From an uncultured delta proteobacterium (lineage in GTDB: Bacteria; Desulfobacterota; BSN033; UBA1163), in the NCBI GenBank assembly GCA_963827685.1, contig CAWHBU010000001.1, positions 1 through 64,000 of the forward strand: a stretch of DNA of 64,000 nucleotides, read 5' to 3'. Below the pieces are notes generated by a model, which did no database searches, had not been told where the DNA came from, and worked only from the letters and a program-made list of their open reading frames with translations. Every line of letters begins with the position of its first letter. The stretch's first letter is position 1. The position numbers and the translations under genes were made by a program. Shown here one piece after another: positions 23,630 through 32,837 of the stretch.

Positions 23630-24202
23630 ATGAGGCATCGTGTTGCAGGGAGAAAACTAAGTCGCCACACTCAGCATCGGGAGCTGATGTTTCGTAATAT
23701 GGTGGTCTCGTTGCTTCAACATGAACGGATCAAAACCACTTTAGCCAAAGGAAAAGAGCTTCGAGGTTGGGCGGATAGGATCATCAGCTTAGGGAAACAG
23801 GGAACGCTTCATGCCAGAAGAAGAGCTTTTGCCCTTCTTCGCAACGAAGGAATCGTTAAAAAACTATTTGACGAAATTGCACCCAAACTTAAAGACCGGG
23901 AGGGAGGTTACACTCGAGTTTTTAAATTGGGATGGCGGCACGGAGACGCAGCTCCTCTTTCCCTCGTTGAACTGGTCACCTATGCACCCCCCGAAGAGAA
24001 AAAGAAATCGACCATAACAAAAGCCAAACAAGTTCTTGAAAAGGTGACTCCCAAAAAGAAGGAAAGGGTAGAAAAGAAAGAGAAAGAGAAGGAAAAGGGC
24101 AAAGAGAAAAAAGAGAAGAAAGTCAAGAAAGAAGAAAAAGAAACTCCCAAGGCAAAGAAGGAGAAACCGAAGAAAAAGTCCACAGCAGAAAAGAGTAAAT
24201 GA
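23630..24202 (+). CDS. rplQ: 50S ribosomal protein L17 with Lys/Glu-rich C-terminal extension
   Basis: MRHR...GRKLSR, GGYTRV. Confidence 0.98.
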   Translation: MRHRVAGRKLSRHTQHRELMFRNMVVSLLQHERIKTTLAKGKELRGWADRIISLGKQGTLHARRRAFALLRNEGIVKKLFDEIAPKLKDREGGYTRVFKLGWRHGDAAPLSLVELVTYAPPEEKKKSTITKAKQVLEKVTPKKKERVEKKEKEKEKGKEKKEKKVKKEEKETPKAKKEKPKKKSTAEKSK

Positions 24203-24233
24203 AATTTTTTCTCTACTCCTTACGACCCTTCTT

Positions 24234-24264
24234 AGGGGTCGCAGTTTCTGTGACCCCTTTTTTT
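24234..24264 (+). terminator. Intrinsic terminator after rplQ
   Basis: Stem AGGGGTCGCAG/CTGTGACCCCT followed by a T-run. Confidence 0.8.
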
Positions 24265-24483
24265 ATTGATTTTTTATTGATCTGTTAAATTTCCTCCTGA
24301 ACTTATTGCTTTACCGGGCAGTCTGGGTTTAGACATCAGGCTCTCGCAGTATCCTATATCTGACGAATGGAACAGTAAACGATTCACTCCGGCGGACGTT
24401 GAAATATTGCTCTTTTTGGTTTATCAATAGTCTCATCACTCACTGATATACCTTAATTTTAACCAGACACACGGGAGGATGAT

Positions 24484-24768
24484 ATGATTACACTTATTGC
24501 GACGGTGAAAGTAAAGCAGGGGAAAATGGATGAGGCCGTTAAAGTTTTAAAGGAAATTGTTCCAAAGATCAAAGAGGCAGAACCGGGTTGTCTTGCCTAT
24601 GTTCCCCATACCATTCGTGGTGAAGACAATACCATTGTCCTTTACGAAAAATACCGGGATAAGGAAGCATTAAAAGTGCATTCCAGCAATCTTCAGAAAT
24701 CTCTAGAGAAACTTCTTCCCCTGCTGGAACCGGGCATGGATGTAAAGACCTGTTACGAGATCGTATAG
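24484..24768 (+). CDS. ABM/putative quinol monooxygenase family protein
   Basis: EPGCLAY...LYEKYRDKEALKVH; GGAGG RBS. Confidence 0.8.
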   Translation: MITLIATVKVKQGKMDEAVKVLKEIVPKIKEAEPGCLAYVPHTIRGEDNTIVLYEKYRDKEALKVHSSNLQKSLEKLLPLLEPGMDVKTCYEIV

Positions 24769-24837
24769 AGATAAGGTTTCTGTATCTAAGATTCACTAAA
24801 GTTTGGAAGACCGGCGAACCACCGGTACCTATCAGCC

Positions 24838-25041
24838 TCAAGAAAATCTTGTCGAACCGCCTGCAGGACCACAAGAAGACGATGAGTCTGATCCCTTGGA
24901 AGAAGAAAAACCAGAAAGAATCTTCTCAGGCTTTTTTGCTCCACAGGCCGGGCAGGTCAAAGACTCCCCACCCTCATTGACCTTCTGGAATCTCTCAAAA
25001 ACGACCTCACACTTACGACATCGATATTCATAGATAGGCAT
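24838..25041 (-). CDS. FmdB-family zinc-ribbon protein, possibly extended by Sec-Gly to 24832
   Basis: MPIYEYRCRKC...CPACG. Confidence 0.9.
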   Translation of the reverse strand: MPIYEYRCRKCEVVFERFQKVNEGGESLTCPACGAKKPEKILSGFSSSKGSDSSSSCGPAGGSTRFS

Positions 25042-25055
25042 GTTTTCTCCTTTAA

Positions 25056-25139
25056 TTGTAGCGTCGGCATTCCTGCCTGCCGGTAGGCAGGTATTGCCGA
25101 CGATCTCTTTGTCGCCCCCAGTAAATGGGGGCGCTACAA
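25056..25139. repeat. REP-like GTAGCG...CGCTAC double hairpin with nested 20-bp palindrome
   Basis: ttgtagcgtcggcatt[cctgcctgccggtaggcagg]tattgccgacg ... gcccccagtaaatgggggcgctacaa. Confidence 0.75.
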
Positions 25140-25144
25140 ATATT

Positions 25145-25273
25145 AAGATCCCAAATCACAAATTTCAAATTCCAAATAAGCTCCAAATTCCAATTTCAAA
25201 TGGCCAAATAGATTTTTTTCGACTTTGGGTAATTGGAATTTATTTGAAATTTGGTGCTTGGGAATTGGTGCTT
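25145..25273 (-). repeat. Heptamer-periodic inverted repeat, copy 4, minus orientation
   Basis: Reverse complement begins aagcaccaattcccaagcaccaaatttcaaa, matching copy 2. Confidence 0.85.
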
Positions 25274-25281
25274 CAATGCAG

Positions 25282-25494
25282 CTATGCACCCTGCGAGATG
25301 ACCTCGTACCCTGCATCGCTAATGGCTTTCTCAATTCGGTTCGAAGCTACCTCTTTCGTATTGCCAAAACGAACTTCTCCTTTGGCAAGGTCCACCTGAA
25401 CGTTCTTAATCCCATCTAGTTGACCCAGCGCCTTTGTCACAGACATCACACAGTGTTGACAACTCATTCCTTTGACTTTCAAAGTGGTAGCCAT
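25282..25494 (-). CDS. copZ: Copper chaperone CopZ-like HMA domain protein
   Basis: VKGMSCQHCV. Confidence 0.85.
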   Translation of the reverse strand: MATTLKVKGMSCQHCVMSVTKALGQLDGIKNVQVDLAKGEVRFGNTKEVASNRIEKAISDAGYEVISQGA

Positions 25495-25512
25495 GCTCTC
25501 TTTCTCCTTTCT

Positions 25513-25788
25513 TCATGCCCAATCAATATATCTTGAGACAGCTTTTTGAAAATCTTTGAAGGTCTCCGCCCGTTTGACACCGGACACTTTTTGAGTCTTA
25601 TCCAGGCATTCTTCCATATAAGTTTTAACGACGACCGTACCCACCTTTTTGATGGCGGCGGTGACCGCAGCCACCTGAGTCAGAATATCCGCACAGGCAG
25701 CCCCTTCTTCCACCATCCTCTGGAGTCCACGGATCTGTCCTTCAATTCTTCGTAATCTCAACAACACATCTTTCTTCTCGGGTTCCAT
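25513..25788 (-). CDS. CsoR/RcnR-family metal-sensitive repressor
   Basis: RLRRIEGQIRGLQRM...CADILTQ. Confidence 0.9.
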   Translation of the reverse strand: MEPEKKDVLLRLRRIEGQIRGLQRMVEEGAACADILTQVAAVTAAIKKVGTVVVKTYMEECLDKTQKVSGVKRAETFKDFQKAVSRYIDWA

Positions 25789-25790
25789 AC

Positions 25791-25844
25791 TATACCTTCC
25801 TATGGTATAGGCTTCATAATAATCCATCTTACCCATTTTGTCAA
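25791..25844 (-). promoter_or_regulatory. Promoter and CsoR-type operator
   Basis: Minus-strand TTGACA-N17-TATTAT; palindrome TATACC-N7-GGTATA (25791-25809) overlapping the RBS. Confidence 0.7.
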
Positions 25845-25887
25845 GAAAGAAATAGGACCCAAAGATAGACATTGACTCAATTTAGTT

Positions 25888-26016
25888 CCCCCTCTCCCTT
25901 GATGCCTGCCTGCGCGAAGCCGCTTCGGCGAAGGCAGGGGAGAGGGCTGGGGTGAGGGTGCGTTATCACCTTCTTTACCCCCCTCCCCTTAATCCCCTCC
26001 CGCCAGGAGAGGGGAG
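25888..26016. repeat. REP-like CCCTCTCCC...GGGAGAGGG hairpin pair with nested CCTG...CAGG insert
   Basis: cccctctcccttgat[...aaggcagg]ggagagggctggggtgaggg and ccctccccttaatcccctcccgccaggagagggga. Confidence 0.7.
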
Positions 26017-26077
26017 TTTTGGGGGTTTGTCTTTTTCAAGCCTATTTTTTGGTAGGAGGTCTTTACAAGAGGACCTC

Positions 26078-26106
26078 TTGACACTGAGGTTTCCTCCATC
26101 TACGAT
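26078..26106 (+). promoter_or_regulatory. Sigma70 promoter of the MFS gene
   Basis: TTGACA-N17-TACGAT. Confidence 0.6.
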
Positions 26107-26138
26107 GTCATCAATTTACCGAAAATACGGCAACGACT

Positions 26139-27275
26139 ATGAGCCAATACCGTTGGATCATGATTTCTTTCTCCTTCATCATTGCATTCCTTTTGCATCT
26201 GTTGCTCTTTACCACAGCACCCATGGTTACTCAGATCATGAAGGAGGTGAATTTGTCGTACGCGGACTTCGGCCTTGTCTTCTCGGCAGCGATGATCAGC
26301 CTTCTTCTTTTCAGGATCCCCTGGGGGTTCATCGGCGATAGAATTGGATACTTGAATGTCTTCAGGATTGCCTTACCGATCACAGCCGCCTCTGCCATGC
26401 TTAGGGGATTCTCCTCAAGCTATTCAACACTTCTCATCAGCCAATTCTTTCTTGGATTAGGCCTGGCCGCAGTTCTCCCCTGCCTGCCTCTCGTCATCAA
26501 GGAATGGGCCTCTGAAAAGGCGGTCGGTTTTGCAACCGGTATCTATGTCTCAGGTTTTGCATTGGGCAATTTCACAGCGCTTGGGTTGATCCCTCAACTC
26601 CTCACAGTCATGAGCTGGAGGGAGATTCTTCTTATTGACGGCGGTGTGGCCGCAGGGGTGGCTGGACTTTGGTGGGGTTTAGCAAAAAGTGTTCTGAAGG
26701 AGGAATCTGAGTTCAGACTGAAAGATTTCACTCTTGTTCTGAAGGGAAAATATGTCTGGGTATTGCTACTCTTTATGATCGTCTCTATGGGAAGTTACGA
26801 TACCCTCGCTACCTGGATGCCAAAAGTCCTGGAGATGAAGGAACTGAATAAAGCCTTTGCCTCCTTGCTTCCTCTGGGATTCTTGTTGGCTGGACCTGTC
26901 GTCGGTTTCTTATCAGATCGGCTATGGAATAAAAGAAAAATATTAGCGGTACTGGGTGCTGTTTCCTGTGCATCGGTTATAGGAATAAATTATGTCCCTT
27001 TCCCTTTTTTGCTCTTCTGTATCTTTCTTGCGGGATTCACGATTACCGGAGTTTTCACCATTGCTCTCTCTTCGCCTGCGGAACATCCTCACCTCTCTTC
27101 TTCGATCGGTGGTGTGGTGGGTCTCATCTCTTCTCTCGGAAACATTGGACCCCTTTTCATGCCAGTGGTTTTTGGCTACCTCATCGATGTCACGGGCACG
27201 TTTAATGCGTCCATGTTCGCCGTCGCGGCTGTCTCCTGTGTCACATTGATCTTGAGTTCAAGTGTTGATAAATAA
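26139..27275 (+). CDS. MFS transporter (CynX/NimT-like)
   Basis: Many hydrophobic segments; GFIGDRIG and GFLSDRL motif A. Confidence 0.88.
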   Translation: MSQYRWIMISFSFIIAFLLHLLLFTTAPMVTQIMKEVNLSYADFGLVFSAAMISLLLFRIPWGFIGDRIGYLNVFRIALPITAASAMLRGFSSSYSTLLISQFFLGLGLAAVLPCLPLVIKEWASEKAVGFATGIYVSGFALGNFTALGLIPQLLTVMSWREILLIDGGVAAGVAGLWWGLAKSVLKEESEFRLKDFTLVLKGKYVWVLLLFMIVSMGSYDTLATWMPKVLEMKELNKAFASLLPLGFLLAGPVVGFLSDRLWNKRKILAVLGAVSCASVIGINYVPFPFLLFCIFLAGFTITGVFTIALSSPAEHPHLSSSIGGVVGLISSLGNIGPLFMPVVFGYLIDVTGTFNASMFAVAAVSCVTLILSSSVDK

Positions 27276-27437
27276 CTGCTTCATCGGTACATTCTGATCA
27301 ACTCATCTGTGACATCGTTATTTAATCCTTTAATCAGAGAGGTTTTAGATTATTTCGGAGCTCTCTCAATTTCCGTTGACAAGCGGTCACCGTTCCTTTA
27401 ACCTGGACAAAGATGTTGGAAAAAAAGGAGAGAATCA

Positions 27438-28226
27438 ATGCGAATTAAAGCGAATGACATTCACATCAATTATGAGCTTTCTGGAAAAAAGGGCGCTCAG
27501 GTGGTAGTTTTAAGCCATTCCCTCAGCTCCAGTCTCCTGATGTGGAATCCTCAGATGGATGCCTTGAATCCTTATTTTCAGGTACTCCGATACGATACCC
27601 GTGGCCACGGCGATAGCGATGCTCCACCAGGAACATACACCTTGGAACTTTTGGGGGAGGATGTCGTTAAATTATTGGACGCCCTGGGTATTGATCGAGT
27701 GCACTTTGTTGGACTCTCGATGGGTGGAATGATCGGCCAGTGTCTTGCTTTAAATTACTCCCATCGCCTCAAGAGCCTCGCCCTGTGCGATACGGCTGCC
27801 GTCGTCCCTGCGGAAGCCCAACCATTATGGCAAGAGCGTATGGATAAGGCGCGCAAGAAAGGGATGGAGGCACTATCAGAAGAAACCATGGAGCGCTGGT
27901 TTACTCCACCTTTTCTTACACAAAACTCAGCGATGCTGGCGCTCATTCAAGAACAGCTCCTGGCCACACCCGTATCTGGTTATGTTGGCTGCGCTGAAGC
28001 AATTCAGAAGCTCAATTATTTGGGCCGACTCTCCGAGATCAAGATGCCAACGCTGATCATTGTCGGGGAAGACGATCCTGGGACACCGGCCTCTGCCTCA
28101 GAGGCCATGCACGAGCGCATATCCAATTCAAAGCTGGTGATATTGCCGTTTGCCCGTCACCTTTCCAATGTGGAGCAAACCAATGCTTTTAATTCCGCCC
28201 TGTTGAATTTCTTGAGGAATCTTTGA
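27438..28226 (+). CDS. pcaD: 3-oxoadipate enol-lactonase-like alpha/beta hydrolase
   Basis: RYDTRGHG, GLSMGG, HLSNVEQ. Confidence 0.75.
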   Translation: MRIKANDIHINYELSGKKGAQVVVLSHSLSSSLLMWNPQMDALNPYFQVLRYDTRGHGDSDAPPGTYTLELLGEDVVKLLDALGIDRVHFVGLSMGGMIGQCLALNYSHRLKSLALCDTAAVVPAEAQPLWQERMDKARKKGMEALSEETMERWFTPPFLTQNSAMLALIQEQLLATPVSGYVGCAEAIQKLNYLGRLSEIKMPTLIIVGEDDPGTPASASEAMHERISNSKLVILPFARHLSNVEQTNAFNSALLNFLRNL

Positions 28227-28253
28227 ACCGTGCAATGGATAGGTTGGTCTACT

Positions 28254-28457
28254 TCAAGTGGAGATGGTCTTCAGTGCCTTCTCCAAGTGTTGATTGGATT
28301 GAGAGAGTTTCCCTACGGCTTCTTCAATTTCGGCCTTTACTGAATCTAATCCCAACTCACCAGCCGTTTGAGCCCATTTTTTATACTCGCCCATATGACT
28401 CTCATTATGCTCGATCCAGTGTTCAATGACGACTGATAGTTTTTTCTTCTGATCCAT
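28254..28457 (-). CDS. Small His-containing helical protein (HWxxHNxxH)
   Basis: EHWIEHNESHMGEYKKWA; GGAGG RBS. Confidence 0.7.
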   Translation of the reverse strand: MDQKKKLSVVIEHWIEHNESHMGEYKKWAQTAGELGLDSVKAEIEEAVGKLSQSNQHLEKALKTIST

Positions 28458-28632
28458 CCTTGTATCCTCCGCCTATGCAGGTTTTTGTCAACACAAAGCC
28501 CAGGGGCTCAGGCCATCCATCAAAAAGCTGGGGCTCCTCCTTTTCGACCTTCATCACTCAAAGCTTATCACCCGTTTCGGTACGGGTCAAATGATGCGAC
28601 CAAAAATGATCCTGCCACCCTGCCCCATTATC

Positions 28633-28860
28633 TCATCGCCCATGACCGGGGCCATAGTCTGATCCACGATGATAGTCGTCCAGGTCACGATGGGGAGATC
28701 CATAACCATAGTGATAGGGGCCGTAGCCATGAGGATAGCCATAATATCCGTAGCTATAATCATAGCCATAACCATAACCGTAGCCACCAACCGTGACGCA
28801 GCCCGCCAACGTCAGGCCAACCAAAAGTAGAATTCCAAGGAACACCAGTTTTTTATTCAT
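28633..28860 (-). CDS. Small Gly/Tyr/His-rich lipoprotein
   Basis: Signal peptide with LAGC lipobox; GYGYGY repeats. Confidence 0.7.
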   Translation of the reverse strand: MNKKLVFLGILLLVGLTLAGCVTVGGYGYGYGYDYSYGYYGYPHGYGPYHYGYGSPHRDLDDYHRGSDYGPGHGR

Positions 28861-28995
28861 ACCATCACTCCCTTTCTTTCGTCTTTATCTATTTGGACGG
28901 GCTCCAGGCCATTTTATTCAAATTCATAAGAGGTACGGATCATTCCTGAGGAAAGATTTTGGGAAGGATAAAAGATTAGTTTAAAAGTAGGCTCA

Positions 28996-30240
28996 TTACA
29001 CTTGAAAGATTTCTTGTGAAGCTGGGGTAAGGATTTCGCAGCCGTCTCGAGTGACAATGACCGTATTCTCAAGTCCCACAGAACCCTCTCCAGGAAAAAC
29101 GATTTTGGGTTCTACAGCAAAAGTCATCCCTTCCTCCAGAGGATAAGATTGACCCTGGGCGAGGAAGGGTAATTCGTTCAGTTCCAGGCCAATGCCATGA
29201 GCAATGAAACGGGTCTGAAGTCCCGGAGGGCCTAGGTAACTGTTCTTATAACCCAGTTTCTCTGCCAGCTGAAGAGTCTTCATAAAAATGGCCTCGCAAT
29301 CTGCTCCTGGTCGGGTCTCTTTCAAGACGGCATCGTGAATTTCTCTACAGGCTTTATAAGCATCAATAAATTTCTGCTTCATCTTTCCAATGGAAAACAT
29401 GCGGGTTTCATCTGCTTGGTAACCATGATAGCAAGTCCCAAAGTCCACCAGAATTGGCTCATGGGCTCTCATTTTCTTAAGGCTGGCTCCAACCGGAAAG
29501 GCTGGCGAAAGGCCCAGTCCGCCCATGGGAGAATCCGACTGGCTTACAATTCCTCCCGTGATACCACTCAGTACATGCCATGTGTAAGCTTCGTAGTTAA
29601 GGGACCTCACCCTGAGAAGACCTTCGTGGCCATACTTCTTTGCCACTGCTTCCAGGAGACCACCAAACTCAATCTCAGTCATTCCTTCTTTGAGAATCTT
29701 CTTAGCCTCATGATAAGCTTTCTTTCCTATTTTTCCTGCCGTTCTCATTAGATCGATCTCAAAAGAAGATTTTATCTTCCTTGTTTCTCGCAAGATTGAA
29801 GAGGCGTCCATCAATTTGGTGCCAGCAAAAAGTTCCTGGAACATGAAGTAATCTTTCACGGGGAGGATGTCCAGCTCCAGCCCCAGGCTCAGGGGGAGCT
29901 TGCCACAATGGGATTGAATCAGCGAGGGTATCTCGCGAATCGATCTTAATGCGACGATGTCTTTAATCGGTGATTCCACTTTTGCCCGCTCTAATTCCCT
30001 CTTGATCATGAGTAACGGCTTTCCTTCCAGGGGGGTGATAAAGAAGCCATCCTGAGTCGTCCCAGAAAGATAGTAAAAATTCATCTTCTGAACCACGAGC
30101 AATGCTTCGATCTCCTGCTTCTTCATCCTTCTCCTGATCCTGGCAAGGCGGTCTTTTATCTCCTCATCCGGCGTATAGTGGAAACCTAAAGATTTGCTCA
30201 ACTCCCGTAATTCCTGCCGTATCCATTCTTCGTAATTCAT
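28996..30240 (-). CDS. Xaa-Pro peptidase (M24 family)
   Basis: DFG...GYQADETR, HGIGLE, EPK, GLEN. Confidence 0.92.
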   Translation of the reverse strand: MNYEEWIRQELRELSKSLGFHYTPDEEIKDRLARIRRRMKKQEIEALLVVQKMNFYYLSGTTQDGFFITPLEGKPLLMIKRELERAKVESPIKDIVALRSIREIPSLIQSHCGKLPLSLGLELDILPVKDYFMFQELFAGTKLMDASSILRETRKIKSSFEIDLMRTAGKIGKKAYHEAKKILKEGMTEIEFGGLLEAVAKKYGHEGLLRVRSLNYEAYTWHVLSGITGGIVSQSDSPMGGLGLSPAFPVGASLKKMRAHEPILVDFGTCYHGYQADETRMFSIGKMKQKFIDAYKACREIHDAVLKETRPGADCEAIFMKTLQLAEKLGYKNSYLGPPGLQTRFIAHGIGLELNELPFLAQGQSYPLEEGMTFAVEPKIVFPGEGSVGLENTVIVTRDGCEILTPASQEIFQV

Positions 30241-30330
30241 CCTCTCTCCTTTCTCAATCGGCCTAAGCTCCAAAGTATTATAACTTTTTTACAAAATTCT
30301 TTTGAAATTGTAAAATAGAAACTGGTAATC

Positions 30331-30372
30331 TTCCCCTTATCCCCCTTTAGAAAAGGGGGGATGGGGGGATTT
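30331..30372. repeat. C-run/G-run REP-like hairpin
   Basis: ttccccttatccccctttagaaaaggggggatggggggattt. Confidence 0.7.
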
Positions 30373-30409
30373 GAAAGTTAGTTATATAAGATTAACAAGA
30401 GGTATAAAG

Positions 30410-31102
30410 ATGAAAAATTTGGAAGAGCGGATTAAGAAATTAGCACAATGGATGTTCGAGGCCAAATATCTCGTCGTTTTCACCGGCGCGGGCATCAGCA
30501 CCGAATCAGGGCTGCCCGATTTTCGAGGGCCGGATGGCGTCTGGACAAGGCAAGAAAAAGGGTTTCCTCCAAAAACAAGACCCTTCACTTCGGTCGAGCC
30601 GAATGCTGGTCATCGAGCCATTGTCGAGCTTCAGAATTTAGGTAAATTAAAATTCCTCATCTCCCAGAATGTGGACAACCTCCATCTGCGTTCAGGCATA
30701 CGGCCTGAATTGTTGGCTGAATTGCATGGAAACGTCGCAAAGCTCAGATGTCAACGCTGCCAGACTCAGGTGGACAAATCTCTGAGGATAGATACCTGTA
30801 AGTGCGGAGGCAGGTTGGTTTCGAGTGTGGTGAACTTTGGCGATCCCCTTCCTCAAAAGGATCTGGAGGATTCTTTCCAGCATTCAAGTTATTCTGATCT
30901 TTTTATTGTGGTGGGATCAAGTCTTGTGGTGAGCCCTGCCAATGATATGCCCAGAGTAGCTCTTAGAATAGGAGCCCGCCTGGTCATTATCAATCAGGGA
31001 GAGACTCCTATGGATAGGAGTTGTCATCTACGTTTTGATGAAAACATCGGCGCAGTGCTCCCTCCAGCCGTAGACAAATTAAAGGAACTGATGAAAACTT
31101 AA
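30410..31102 (+). CDS. Sir2-family NAD-dependent protein deacylase
   Basis: TGAGISTESGLPDFRG, SQNVDNLH, ELHGN, VGSSLVV. Confidence 0.95.
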   Translation: MKNLEERIKKLAQWMFEAKYLVVFTGAGISTESGLPDFRGPDGVWTRQEKGFPPKTRPFTSVEPNAGHRAIVELQNLGKLKFLISQNVDNLHLRSGIRPELLAELHGNVAKLRCQRCQTQVDKSLRIDTCKCGGRLVSSVVNFGDPLPQKDLEDSFQHSSYSDLFIVVGSSLVVSPANDMPRVALRIGARLVIINQGETPMDRSCHLRFDENIGAVLPPAVDKLKELMKT

Positions 31103-31457
31103 GGCTCGCCATAGAGAGTCTGCAGAGATTTCAGAGAGGACAAGGACCTGCTGACCAGCACTCAATATTTCAGTAAATGATAGAAGAATGGGTCAAAGAA
31201 AAAATGGGTGACTGCTGCGAAGCAGGAATTTATAAATTTATGGACATGTCTTTCATTACACTTTGCTTCTGGCGAGATTCCAGAATTAGGAGAGAATGGT
31301 TAAGTTGCATCTGAACCTACGTCCCGCAGATGTGATTGAAGATTACAGATCAAAAGCCTCAGAGGCATTGGTAAGCCGGTTGACTTCGTCATCGGTTACT
31401 TAATGGTTCGCGTTTGTAGTGGTAGGGCATAAGTTTTGAGGTTTATTTTCGAAAAAT

Positions 31458-32108
31458 CTACCCTGAAAGGTTCAATTCCAGAGTCTCAAGGTTTTTAGCG
31501 AGATCCAAATCAATTTTTAATATAACTTCCTTTAAGTGCCTTGAACATAAGGAAGACGAATAAGCTGCCAACTCTATATCAGCTTTTAAAAATTTTTTTC
31601 TAAACTCAGTATTAAAGAGGTCAAAGAACTCACCCAAACGCGTCAACTCCCATGGGTAGTGATAACGAAAATACTCTTTCCCTGAGCATAAGCGACAAAG
31701 ATAACGTCCAAGTATATGATGACCCCAGTATTCTGGATTTTGGATGGTATTAAATATTGACTCCTTCCTCTCTTTTGAAGCACGACACCCAAGTAAAAAT
31801 TTTGCTTTATCCGTGATATAAACTTGGGATTGGGTTGGACACAATTGCTTATTTATTTTGCACTTCCAAAGGTCTATTGGCAGCTCTACAAAGCCTTCAG
31901 GACAAATGACGATTTCACTATTTCCTTTTAAACCGGAGAGGTATTTTTTGCCTTCGGTTTCAAGAAATAAAACCAATTGCCCTCGGAGGTCTTTGATCGC
32001 TTCTTGGCGCAGAGAATATGGGGCGGATGTTCTTGGGACCGCTGGACATTTAGCAATCCATGACCGTTGATTCTGCGAAGCTACTTGAATTAGAAATTTT
32101 ACCTTCAT
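31458..32108 (-). CDS. Hypothetical protein with HicB-like N-terminus and Cys-rich C-terminus
   Basis: WIAKCPAVP...RQEAIKDL...LFLE resembles the HicB fold; AT-rich. Confidence 0.5.
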   Translation of the reverse strand: MKVKFLIQVASQNQRSWIAKCPAVPRTSAPYSLRQEAIKDLRGQLVLFLETEGKKYLSGLKGNSEIVICPEGFVELPIDLWKCKINKQLCPTQSQVYITDKAKFLLGCRASKERKESIFNTIQNPEYWGHHILGRYLCRLCSGKEYFRYHYPWELTRLGEFFDLFNTEFRKKFLKADIELAAYSSSLCSRHLKEVILKIDLDLAKNLETLELNLSG

Positions 32109-32249
32109 GTATCTGTGACTTGGAGTAAGCTTGAAATAATCCAATCCAGTTCTCTGTCGTCTATTATACAAAGAAGCGACAAGGTGTCGCAAATTTTCTA
32201 TCCGCGATGTTGGAAAATAGAGTGCTGGTTAAGGGGGAGAGAATAAAAA

Positions 32250-32276
32250 TGTCGCCATTTTACGTAGAAGGCGACA
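32250..32276. repeat. 27-bp palindromic site, copy 1
   Basis: TGTCGCCATTT TACGT AGAAGGCGACA. Confidence 0.85.
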
Positions 32277-32290
32277 GCGGTAAGAGGGGG

Positions 32291-32674
32291 TCACGGTGGG
32301 AAGAGACGATCAACCAGCGTCTGTGAGATCCGGTAAGGAGCAAGATCTGTCCGATGAAAAGTACCATTTTCAATAAACTCTCGACCGATGAGGTAGACCT
32401 CTGATTTGTCGAGTGACAATATGTTGTCATGGCCATCCAAACGAACTAAAGCAAGAACATGATACAGCCTATCTCTGGGTACTTGCCATTTTTTATCAGT
32501 TTTTCTGGTCGCCTTGACTTGGATTGCTTTGAGTGTAAAACCCCTCACGGCAATCAGGTCGTTCCCGGAGTCTTCCAGCGGTGGCGCGGCCTGCACACCA
32601 TACTGAAGAAGCCGTAGCTGGACGAGTAACTCTCCCGTCGTTCCTGTGATCAGATCTTCGGTAAGTGGATTCAT
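32291..32674 (-). CDS. Small PD-(D/E)xK-superfamily nuclease
   Basis: GE...GNDLIA...IQVKAT pattern. Confidence 0.7.
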   Translation of the reverse strand: MNPLTEDLITGTTGELLVQLRLLQYGVQAAPPLEDSGNDLIAVRGFTLKAIQVKATRKTDKKWQVPRDRLYHVLALVRLDGHDNILSLDKSEVYLIGREFIENGTFHRTDLAPYRISQTLVDRLFPP

Positions 32675-32760
32675 TATTCCGTCTCCATGGAGATGACTGC
32701 TAAATTGTCAACTGAGTACATACGCGCTAAAGCCCCCGGATTTTGCCGGCAGAAAGAACT

Positions 32761-32787
32761 TGTCGCCTTTTTACGCAGAAGGCGACA
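32761..32787. repeat. 27-bp palindromic site, copy 2
   Basis: TGTCGCCTTTT TACGC AGAAGGCGACA. Confidence 0.88.
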
Positions 32788-32837
32788 AATTGTGGACTTT
32801 CTAATAGTAGGGCTTTCATGACCAGCACTCCGTCTGG

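Noticed and set aside
28495-28915. Shared GGGCT(C)CAGGCCAT motif near 28503 and 28899 as a riboswitch
   Set aside because: Only about 13 bp and no recognisable aptamer consensus.
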